Shown piece by piece: positions 1 through 10,625 of a DNA stretch of 64,000 nucleotides (position 1 is its first letter; each line of letters starts with the position of its first letter). The notes under the pieces are model-generated. The model had not been told where the DNA came from. It did no database searches and saw nothing but the letters and a program-made list of their open reading frames with translations. Location: the NCBI RefSeq assembly GCF_964194155.1, contig NC_135889.1, positions 108,810,001 to 108,874,000 of the forward strand, written 5' to 3'. Origin of the DNA: Cetorhinus maximus. Its lineage: Eukaryota. Made by a program: the position numbers and the translations under genes.

Positions 1-1703
1 AGGCCTGAACTGGGTTTGGGCCACGTTCCTCCTTGCCCAGTGAGAGACAGGCATTCTCTGTGCGTTGCCATTTTTTTGAAGGCCAGAAAGTCAAAAGCCC
101 ACAAGTCAAAATAGATCCACAGCAAATGCTGTGGACATATGAATGCACTGACAACCTCTCAAAATGGCTCTGTACTACATTTCGTAATTCAATGGGAGCA
201 GTTAAATGCAGGTACCCTCCCACACACTAAGCATAGCTTCAGGCCACTACTACCAGTTACTAGCAGGTGGGTTAGGCTTCTAATAAAGAAATTGAACTTT
301 CTGCTTATAATTGAGTGTAAAATGACGGGAAAACATAACAAAATTGCTCACCGCTGAGCTGCACAATGGGGCCACCCAATGCTCCTGCTCAACAGTGATT
401 AGTAACTAGTTCCTCATGAGCAAAGTTTTCATTTAGAGAGTTTTGGTATTTAACGTGCACATTAAATTGCCTGGTAATGCAGAAAAAGACTATTCTCCTA
501 CATTGTTAAGGGAACCCATTTTAGACACTTTTGGAATTCACTTTTAACACCCAGCATTTGAACAATATCATATAAAACATTAGATTACAAATCTGCGTGT
601 CCAATAGACAATAATCCACTGACAGGAGTCTGACTGCATTGTTAGGAATTTCAATTTTGAATTAAGATTAACATTGATTCATAAATTAATTTTGTCTTTC
701 TGGATATACAAGCTGTGAAATTCTTGTACAAAATGCTACGCATCTAATAATAAAAATGAATGGCCTATCACAAATTTTTAAAGCATGATCTATCAATCTT
801 GGCACCACTTGCAAATGCTGTTCATTATGAATGAGGCAGTTCATATGGCAACATGGAATCCAATTTTCTCCCCAGATCCCCATCAGATTACAATGTGACA
901 TAGGCATTATCGAAAATATTAACACACCTTAATGCATTATTTTAGGAGTAATTAATTAATTACACAAAGTCAGCTTCACTTAAAAAGGTGATGGCATAAG
1001 ATACCTTGGGGTTTGAAGTTTTCCCAGTTTTCTGCACTCCTTTAATTCTAATTATAAAAATGGCCACCTAATATAAAATTATAAATATTATAATCAATAA
1101 TGATTCCTTTGTAATTTTGCAACATTATATTTGCTAATTATATTATTACAGTAAGAATAGTAATGTGTTGCGCACTTTTAGCCACCACTGTCTGATCTGT
1201 ATTTTAATAATGTTATCAAACTAAAAACAGCTTTGGTTTCGTTATCTTGATTTTTAAGGAAAAGTTAATGTCTCAGATTTGCCTCATTTAAGTTCCCTGC
1301 ATCCCTATGACCCCTATGTTAAACTTTATTCTCAAGGGTCGGCATTTGAACTGCTTCAAATGTGCCATCCTATGATGTGAGAAGAGGCACATTTCATTGT
1401 CACCAGATTTGCAAACTGTTTCATATTTCACTCTCCGTGAAGGAGTTGACTCATCTGCCAACTTTGTTGAACTGGTAAAACTTGCCCAGTGAAGGCTGCC
1501 AGGTTGAAAAGTCAATCAAGATAGAAGTCAAACTTGTGGTATCTCTGATCAGGAGAGCAATGTCCCAACAGTACAAGCACAAGACCTTTCATTTTTCTTA
1601 TATCAATGGCCATTCCACACCTTGAAAAAACAACTTGCAATGTGTTAACTGATATGCATGTATTGTATTCAGATGGATCTTAGATAAGCTGCTGAGTTAT
1701 TAA

Positions 1704-1923
1704 AAACAAAAACAGAATTACCTGGAAAAACTCAGCAGGTCTGGCAGCATCGGTGGAGAAGAAATCAGTTAATGTTTCGAGTCTTCATGGCCCTTCGGCA
1801 GAACCGAGTATAGTTAGGAGAAAGGTGAAATATAAGCTGGTCTAAGGTGGGGGGGCGGGGGGAGAGAGAAGTTGAGGGTGGGATGATTGTGGAGATAAGC
1901 AAGCAGTGATAGGAGTGATAGGA
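1704..1923 (-). mobile_element. Penelope-like element terminal fragment with 13-bp TSD
   Basis: Flanked by direct repeat GCTGAGTTATTAA (1691-1703, 1924-1936). Terminus AAACAGAATTACCTGGAAAAACTCAGCAGGTCTGGCAGCATC recurs at 26428-26476 and, diverged, near 30795-30870. Hammerhead-like motif on the minus strand. Family assignment is from recognition, not a search. Confidence 0.7.
1767..1805 (-). ncRNA. Degenerate minimal type I hammerhead ribozyme motif
   Basis: Minus strand reads GGUU-CUGCCGA-AGGGCC-AUGAA-GACUC-GAAAC-AUU-AACU. This matches the CUGANGA/stem II/GAAA layout but has core substitutions. Confidence 0.5.
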
Positions 1924-2479
1924 GCTGAGTTATTAAGCCTGTTTATGTAATGGCATTCACCTTGGATGGTACCATCTGTAGACAAGGATCATTGTTGGGC
2001 ATGTTTTTCACTGTTGTGACAAAAGATGCAGCCGTCAAAACAGATGGAAAACCAGCAGATAAACTGCTAGCTTCTTCTTTTACTTCATCACTTCATATTT
2101 AATGTCCCAAAAAGTGAAATTGATGACGAGTTTTCTTTTAAATGCTTTTTTGCTGTTATTCACTCAGCAGTTTTCACAAAACAATGCCGTAATTAGAATA
2201 ACTCGTTTGTTGAGTTGACATTAATTGACTGATGGAGCAGTTACACTCTTTGGTGGAGAAGATGTTTAACATGGATTTTGCAGTATTTGTTAATGTAGTT
2301 GGCTGAGTATTGTCTTGGGCCAGGTCATATGGCTGATCGCACACTTGCCACTGACTCTTCCCTGCTGTGGACTTGAACAAATTTCTACGTTGAGACTTAC
2401 GTGCATTACAGAGGCAGTGCTAAAATTTCAGAAATGCTTGATTTCAGTTGAGCTGTTAAACTGAAGAAGAGTTTGTGAG

Positions 2480-2725
2480 TTACAGTGCATGGAAAAATCC
2501 CTTATATTATTCAAAGGGCAGGGAGTTCTCACAGTGTCCTGACCAACAACTGAACTCGAATCACTTAAGTGGTCACACAACTTATTTGCTGTCTGTATGC
2601 TTCGCAACATACACTAGATAATGTGACAGCCACTGTATAACAGCAGTGCCTGCAATTCTAAAGTCTTCATTGGTTGTTGAAAGGAAGAGGTAAGGGATAT
2701 ATAAATGCAAATTCTTTATCTTTTT
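2480..2725 (+). mobile_element. Deu-domain SINE, decayed 3' part
   Basis: AAAAATCCC...GGGAGTTCTCACAGTGTCCTGACCAAC and L2-type tail ATATAAATGCAAATTCTTT, similar to the copy at 12885-13240. Confidence 0.55.
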
Positions 2726-3799
2726 TTCCTTCTTGGTGTGAGAGTTTGCTGGATGTCACAGATTCCATTGAAGCCTAAGTGTCCGCCCATCCAGCACATT
2801 TAATGACACTTTAATCAACTGAGCACCACTCAGGGGCAGTTTAAACCGATGAGCAACAAACAAAACAACCTTCAATGAGCTGTTCAGTTGTATATTTCAT
2901 TCACCCTCATAGGAAGTGGATGAAATGGATGTTTAAATAAATCATTAAAGCACAAAGAAGGTCAATGTCAGTGAACCATGATACACAAGCTGACTGCTCC
3001 GCACAATCCTTGGCCATTCCTCAGCTAGTTTTGCACCTGTTAAGCTACTAGAATTGGTATTATTGCAGGTGAATCCTGACTGGCTAGGTTTCTGCTACTG
3101 ACTCCAATGGAACAGCATAGAGCAAAGTCACCCAGTGGGAGAAGAAAGTAGTCAGCATTTTTCTTTTGTGCTGTGAAAACAAAACAACAAAAATCAAGAT
3201 TAACACTTTGACAAGTGGAAGAAACATCCCGCGATGTTACGATATTCATTTCTGTAGCCTACCAGCAGTAAAGCAATTATAAATTCCTGTCATCAATTAT
3301 TCATGGTCAACACTTAATTGATGGCTGATTAAAATGAATAAACTTGCTTCTAATGCAAAGTAATGTTGAAGCTAATTGCTGTAAAGTAGTCACAGCAAAG
3401 TAAACAAGTGATATTTTTCTTTTACAGCACTTAGAGAATATGGGCAATGGAGCAATCCGTGATTCGATATTACCGACTTTTATCCTACGATATTCGGAAC
3501 TCACAATCAACAGAAAGTCATCCGTCAGATTTTGTTTGATGGGAAGCACATGCACCTTTGAAGGAGAATTCAAAGACGCAAAGGAGTCGTACAACTGTGA
3601 AGAAGGTTGGTCAGAGGATGATGCTGAGTCGAGGGAAGGGGAGAAACGCACACTGATCTTGATGCAAAAGAAACTTCAATCACGCTGTGGAAAGTGGGAA
3701 AAGAAGAAGTAATGGAAGGGGGGAAATTGGGGGTGAGTTTGGGGAACAAAAACCTACATGCAGTAAAGTCAACGGTTCTGTAGTGTCCACATTTCAACT

Positions 3800-4550
3800 A
3801 GTAACAACAACAACTTGTATTTATTTAGCGTCTTTTAACATAGTAAAGCATCCCAAGGCATTTCATTGGAGGGTAATCAAAAACATGTGATAACTGAATA
3901 TTCTTGAGTCAATCCTGAGTCACAACAAAACTGAGATAGAATGTTATGAAAAGTGCAGACAGCACAGCAATTACAGTCAAAGGGGTGGATCTTGACTTTG
4001 TGTGATAGTGTAAAAAGGGCATTTGTATTCCACTGATTTCATGCTCGCATTCACTCATTTTATGCTAAGGCAGAAAGTTGCAAGCTGCCTCAAACAGTCT
4101 GCCAGTGCTGCTTTGGCTCTCATTCACACTCATCTATTACAGAAATTGCAATTCATGTAAGGAAATATATCATATCAAACCCGCAAGTCACATTATGCTC
4201 GACTTTAATGTCAGTTTGAGGTAGGTCTTAAGGGGAATCTTAAAGGAGGAAAGCAAGTTGGAGAGCCGAACGGGCTTAAGTAGGAAATTCCAAAGCTTAG
4301 GGCCTAGGCAGTTCACAGTGGACACAGAGTCATTTATGGCAGAAGGATGCCATTCAGCCTATCGGGTTCATACTAGCTCCCTGCAATCCAGTTAGCCTCA
4401 TTCCCCTGCTTGATCCCCGTGAAGCAATTAAAATCGGGGATGTTCAAGGGACCAAAATTGGAGGAGCGTAGGTATCTCAGAGGATTGTAGGTCTTAAGAA
4501 GGTGATGGATGGATTTGAAAACATGATGAGAATTTTAAAATGGAGGCATT
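3800..4550 (-). mobile_element. L2-clade LINE 3' fragment, interrupted twice
   Basis: Tail (AAC)n-TTGTATTTATTTAGCG...CATCCCAAGGC. L2 similarity resumes at ~4217 (GAGGTAGGTCTTAAGG) after an unrelated ~320-bp block. A CR1 tail is inserted at ~4321-4420. Confidence 0.65.
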
Positions 4551-5791
4551 ATTTATTGATTATAAAAATTAATATATATTAGAAATTTTAAAACAGGAAG
4601 AGGTAGTTGGTGACCTTGGGGTGGGAAAAATTACATATATTGCTTAGTCTGCACTCCTAATACTTTCCCCAAGGGAATATGATGATAACCGGAGGACTGT
4701 AGACGGTCAGAAGTACTTAAAGGAAGTAGCATGTTTTCTTAATACTCCAGGTCTGCAATCTTGTGTTAAAAATGAGGTGTGGCAAGTATTGCAGAATAAA
4801 TTCTGGGAGAGAGATGAACATAACACATGGTGAAAAAAAGTTCTGGGAAGATATATTCACTTCATTGGCACCCCACCATCCCCTCCCCAGCAGGTACACA
4901 AGTCTGCATAGCTCTTCCCTCCCTAATTGACCAACATTACCTCAGTACTGATATGACGTACAAAAAAAATCTACTTTTGTCAGGTTTCTTTTTAAAAGAA
5001 AAGTCACTCTTCACTATAGTCAGTCTTTCAAAATGTACTTAAATAAATGCCTAAACTTTCCAGCCAAGTACCTCAGCTTAAATGTGGGCTTTAATTCTGG
5101 AGTCACCGGTTTTGGGAGTTCATGGAGGCCCCATGCTTGCAGAATGGTACCCTTCAAGCTATATATAACCAATTGTCTCTCTCTCTCTGTCATGGGAGAG
5201 AACTCCCTTTATCCCTTTATGAACTGTGGCTAATTACTTAATTACCTTATTCAAAACCAATACATGCAACAATAATTTTAAAAAGCTGAATTGCTAGATA
5301 CTTATCTTTGCAAATGCTAGGGCTGAAATTCTATTTTTTAAAGAAAAATTCTTCGCTCTCTTTTCACTGGAAGAGAATTGGGAACCGTGACCTTTACAGG
5401 TAATGAGATGGTTGCATGGATTTGTGCTTCGGAAACTTACTGCTTCACATTAAATATGCTCACAATCTGGTGAGACGATAGATTACAGTGCTCAGTGCTG
5501 ATGTATTACACACTAAACAATATTTCCTTAGTGAGCCTGCACCTCTCTCTTCCTTGCTTGGCACCTGACTGTGTGATTAAATGTAACTTAGCTTCGAGAT
5601 AGGCACTCTGAATTAACGTTAACTGCACATGGTAAAGATGTCCAAAGATTTTCTCTAAATGGGACACCTTCTTTGTGTACCATGGCACCCAAAAGGCCAT
5701 GCATAGACAGTCGAAAAGCAAAACAAAACAATTGAATCCAAATTCCCTACACCTGCACTTGCTTAAAACTTGTTACTTCAGTAACATTTTT

Positions 5792-5826
5792 CAGTTCTGA
5801 CTAAAGGTCCCAGACCTGAAACACTG
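5792..5826 (+). ncRNA. Isolated degenerate hammerhead-like motif (Penelope remnant)
   Basis: CAGTT-CTGACTA-AAGGTC-CCA-GACCT-GAAAC-ACTG. Stem II is intact (AGGTC/GACCT); the core reads CUGACUA instead of CUGANGA. Confidence 0.4.
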
Positions 5827-6565
5827 AATGCTTAAAGAAGCAATGAACCCTGTAGTGATAGCGAGATGTGTAGAAAAAGCTTTAAATAAAAAAAGTAATT
5901 CATTGATAATCTTCCACTTCCTTAAAATAAAGCTCCATTTTATTATGGGGCAATAAAAGTTTCAATCATCTAGACCCTTTAAAGTATCAATAGCTGAAAC
6001 TGTAAGCACCTGAAACCCCTTTATCTTGTGCAAATAAACATTATGAAATTGATAGCATACATCAGAGAGACATGTCTAAGCTTTTCATCTTGCAATCATC
6101 AGGACACTCACAAGAACACCAATATATGGGGAAGACAACATATATTCCCCATATATTGGTATTCTTGCGAGTGTCCTGATGAATGCAAGATGAAAAGCTT
6201 AGATAGTTCTCTTTTTTCCGCAGTACTCAAGTTCTGTACAACAAACAACTATAGATCAGAGACCCAGAGCTGGTCATGGCTCCATGAGAATTGTGGAGGG
6301 CTAGGACATGCCTAGACCCACAATGGAGCCAAACAAATTGGAAGTGCAGGGTGCAGGCTCACGACCCGAACCAGTCCTCATCCTGAAAAGGCCCTGTTAA
6401 AAATTGGAAACCCTGGGAATGATGTCAGAAATCCCAGAATCGGGATAAGCCCACCATTTTTAAAGAGCTCCAAAGTCATCTGGACTCGATGAAAATCCAG
6501 CCTGTTAACCCAGTTTCGCTCTCCACACGCCTGACCTGTTTGTATTTCCAGCGTTTTCTGATTAT

Positions 6566-7179
6566 GGGCTGCATCTTCCGGTCGGTGAGCTGGGGGCGGG
6601 GGGGGGGGGCGGGGGGGGGGTGGAAGGGGGTGGGGGGGGTGGCGTTCACCGACGGGTAAAATGACACAGGGTGACATTGGGCGGGAATCCCAACCTCACC
6701 CTGCGTCATTTACATTTTCAGGTCGGTGCGCGAGGAGTCGAGTCAGCCAACCTGTCAATGACCACTTAAGGTCATTAATAAAGTCATTAAGGTAATCAAT
6801 GGACCTGCCCGTCCAACCTTAAGGTTGGCAGGCAGGTCGGGAGCCCAGGCAGGCTTCTGAAAAAACATGAAACCTCATCCACCGGCGGGATGAGGTTTCA
6901 TGAGGGATTTTAAGAGTTTGCAAAATGTTGAAATAAAAGAAATTGACGTGTCCTGGCTCATGTGACAGTGTCACATGAGGGAACATGTCAGGAATTATTT
7001 TTTCACACTTCTAAAAATTTTTGAAACTTCCAGCGATCTTCCTGAGGCGGCACTTTGTTCAGGGAATCCTCCCCTGCCCACACAGGGAGCGCATAGCTGG
7101 GGGCACCGATCGGGAACTCGCCCGCCTGCACCCGCTCCCACTCCTACACATCCCCTCCAACAGGGGGAAAATGTTGCCC
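6566..7179. mobile_element. Harbinger-type MITE, 614 bp, TSD TAT
   Basis: TIRs GGGCTGCATCTTCC / GGAAAATGTTGCCC (11/14). TAT at 6563-6565 and 7180-7182. Three internal palindromes. Confidence 0.85.
6592..6642 (+). repeat. Poly-G tract, potential G-quadruplex
   Basis: Multiple runs of 5-13 G separated by 1-5 nt, inside the MITE. Confidence 0.75.
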
Positions 7180-7678
7180 TATATTTCTGATTTCCAGCTT
7201 CCACGGTATTTTGCCTTCATTTTCAATTGAATTAAAATAATGCTTTTTTGGAATAAGTACTACTTTTGCCACTCACTGCTTCTTCGTTGATAGGTAAATT
7301 TTAAATCCGCCAATGCTGGATCAGTTCTGCAAAAGCCACCAGGCCAGTGGCGAACACTGAACAAAACTCAATCTGAGGGAATATATGCTGGCAGGTACAC
7401 AGGTGAGCGTCAATTTTTGAACGTACACTGGAGCTTTGTTCATTGGCCGCAAGCATCAGGAATTGGGAACCCTTGACTGTTCTGTCCCTAGCAGACAGGA
7501 TTTACTGGTATCCAGAGCTGCTGGATGAAGCTCACCACTGGCACTGCCGAGTTGTGAAATTGCCCTTAATGACACTGAAATGTGACAGGCTAGATTGCCA
7601 GCACTCATAGTTCACAAATGCTCATGACTTGGACACCCCAGGCAAAAAGAGACAGATCTCACTGTTGTCAAGCTGTAT

Positions 7679-7970
7679 GATAGTCCAGTGGTTATGGTAC
7701 TGGAATAGCACACCAGAATTTGTGGCTTCAATTCCCACCATGGCAAGTTATGGAACTCAATTTGGTCTAAAAACTGACCGTGAAAGCTGCTGCATTGTCA
7801 TAAAAACCCAATTTATTCACTCATGTCCTTCAAGGAAGGGAACTTGAACCCTGTCTGGTCTGGCATACAAGTGGCTGCGTTCTGACAATTTGTGGTTGAG
7901 TTTGAACACCTGCATGGCAAGGATTGGGTGGGAGATAAGCCTTGCCAACAAACCGAGAACAAATAGAAAA
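7679..7970 (+). mobile_element. tRNA-derived SINE, old copy of the family at 42642
   Basis: Head ...CAGTGGTTATGGTACTGG...TTCAATTCCCACCATGGCA; body TTGTCATAAAAACCCAATTTATTCACTCATGTCCTTCAAGGAAGGGAA. Confidence 0.6.
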
Positions 7971-8439
7971 AGGTTGAAGCAAGACTTTTCAATCACCACT
8001 TTGGAAGGGGAAATACTTGCGGCCCCTAAAAGTCGGGATGATAATGCAGGCAACCATCCTTTCTGCACCCTAAATCTGAAGTGAAAGGTGCTGATGCCAC
8101 TGATACATTAACTACAATAATATGGAGACTAACAGAAGCTACTTGAAGATGATTGAGGGATTCCATAGGTACCGAACAGAAGCTGGAGCAGGAGCCTTAC
8201 AGTATCTCATATATCCTCTTTTCTCATCTCTCTCACTTGTGCTGAAAATACTTCACTTCTTACCTTTTTAAACATCACTTTTTGCTCATCTTACTTTACC
8301 TGTCTGCTGTTTGGTATTTCATTCTTAACAGCTGTTCCACTTGGCCTGAGTAGCTGGAGTGAGATAAACCTGTTAACTCATTATTGTACAATGACTGATC
8401 GTAGCTTACATTTTTCTGATAATTCTCATTCCTTTGACC

Positions 8440-8530
8440 ACCCCCCTCCACCCCCCATCACCTCTATGCACCCCTCCCCCACCCCCCCACCCCCTCTATG
8501 CACCCCTCCCCCCCCACCCCCTCTATGCAC
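8440..8530. repeat. C-rich minisatellite, ~29-30 bp unit x3
   Basis: CCTCTATGCAC occurs three times, separated by C-runs. G4 potential on the minus strand. Confidence 0.8.
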
Positions 8531-8559
8531 TTTAAACCTGTGCTAGTACATTCATTTCA

Positions 8560-9050
8560 TAACTTGTATTTATATAGCATCTTTCATGTAATAAAACCTC
8601 CCTAGGTGCTTCTCAAGGGCATTATACAACAAAATATGACACTAAGCCACTTAAGGAAATATTAGGGCAGATTGTTTTAAAAATTCATTCATAGGATGTG
8701 GGTGTTGATGGCTGGGCCAGCATTTATTTCCTATCCCTAATTGCACTTGAGAAGGTGGTGGTGAGCTGCCTTCTTAAACTGCGGCAGCCCATGTGGCGTT
8801 GGTCAAGGAATAGGCTTTAAGGAGTGTCTTAAAGGAGGAAAGCAAGGTAGAGAGGCAGGGATTTAGGAAGAGAAACCCAGAGCTCAGGGCTTTGGCAGCT
8901 GAAGGCAAGGCCACCATTGGTGGAGTGTTTAATATCAGGGATACTCAAAAGGCCAGAATTAGAGGATTGCAGGTATCTTGAGGGTTGTAGGGCTGGAGGA
9001 CATTACAGAGATAGGGAGGAGCAAGGCCATGGAGAGATTTGAACACAGAT
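8560..9050 (-). mobile_element. L2 LINE 3' fragment interrupted by the 3' tail of a CR1/L2-group LINE (8672-8798)
   Basis: L2 tail AACTTGTATTTATATAGCA. Insert ATTCATTCATAGGATGTGGG...GAGAAGGTGGTGGTGAGCTGCC matches the end of the LINE at 38494-38620. Confidence 0.75.
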
Positions 9051-9516
9051 TTCACATTAAACATACATGGAGTTCTGCAAAGTGCTAGAGTAGCAGTTGT
9101 TTAGATGCTGGGAGAGTTCCTTGAGAAAAAGGTAGATTCCTAGTAGTAAAACACTGGAAGTCTTGCAGCTGACAATCCTATGCTACTTATTCTCAGGGAC
9201 ATTAACAACTGGCCAACATCCTGACCAAAACAACTGTTAAGTCGGCACAAAGCCACAGAATGTCAGTCAGCTCAGTTCATGCCTTCGTGCTTCTCAAGAA
9301 GGTGAGGATACTGTATCCAGCATTTTAATTGCATAGTTTAATTAGGGAAATGTTTTGTAAGCTCATATTTAACATGAATATTTTGTCATTGTACATAGTT
9401 GGTATGTAAGTAAGAATGCTTTTGGTGTATTCAGCCAAGAGTGGGGTGAGGGAGCAGCAGTGAGAGTTCCAGTACAATCAGTGGCTCTAGAAGGGAGGCA
9501 GGATGGGTGTCTGGGC

Positions 9517-10625
9517 AACAACAACTTATATTTATATAGCACCTATAATGCGATGAAACATCCCAAGGTGCTTCACAGGAGCATTACGAAATAAAGTATG
9601 ACACCAAGCCACAGAAGAAGATATTAGGTCAGATGACCAAAAGCTTGGTGAAAGAGGTAGGTTTTTAAGGAGTGTCTTTTAAAGGAGGAAAGAGAGATAA
9701 TGAGGCAGAGAGGAGTTGGGAGGGCATTCCAGAGCTTGGGTCCTGAGCAAAGGGAAGTGCAGCCACCTATGGTAGAGCAATTAATATGAGGGCTGTACAT
9801 GAGGTCCAGATTTGAGTAACATTGATATTTCAGTGGGTTGTGGAACGGGTAAGGGCAGGAGGGATTTGAATACAAGGATGAGGATTTTAAAATCAAGACA
9901 TTGCTTGACTGGGAACCAATATAGGTCAGCGAGCACAGGATTGATAGGGGAACAGGACTTTCTGCGAGTTAAGACACAGGCAGCAGAGTTTTGGATGATC
10001 TCAGGTTTACTAAGGGTAGAATGTGGGAGATCAGCCAGGAGTGTCTTGGAATTGTCGAGTCTAGAGGTAACAAAGATATAAATGAGTGTTGCAGCAGCAG
10101 ATAAGCTGAGATGGCGTGAAGTGGGGCGGTGTTCTAGAACTAGAAATAGGCAGTCTGAGTGACGGCATGAATATGAGGTCGGAAGTTAATCACAGAATCG
10201 AATGTAACACCAATGTTGCAAACAGACTGGCTTAATCTTAGACTGTTGACAGGGAGAGTGATGGGGTCAGTAGCTAAAGAATGAAGTTTGGAGCAGGAAC
10301 CGAAAATCATGGCTTTGGTCTTTGCAATATTTAATTGGAGGAAATTCCTGCTAATCCGGCACTGGATGTCAGATAATCAGCTTGATAATTTAGCAACAAT
10401 AGAGCAGTCAAGAGTGGTGGTGGTGAGATGGAGCTGGGTGTCATCCGTGTACATATGAAAATTAACACTATATGCCTTAGGGTGTCACTAAGGGGCAACA
10501 TGTAGATGAGAAATAGATTGGTGGGGGGGCGGCAAGGATAGTTCCTTGGGGGACATGAAAGGTAATGGTGAGGGAGCAGGAAGAGAAGACATTGCAAGTG
10601 ATATTCTGGCTATGATTAGAAAGAT
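9517..10625 (-). mobile_element. L2 LINE 3' fragment (~1.1 kb)
   Basis: (AAC)n tail. Minus-strand remnants GPKLWNALPTPL...SFKRHSLKTYLFHQAF and the RT end (YMLPLSDTLRH..., frameshifted YTDDTQL). Confidence 0.85.

Noticed and set aside
6378-6709. Proline-rich minus-strand ORFs
   Set aside because: Produced by the poly-G tract inside a MITE.
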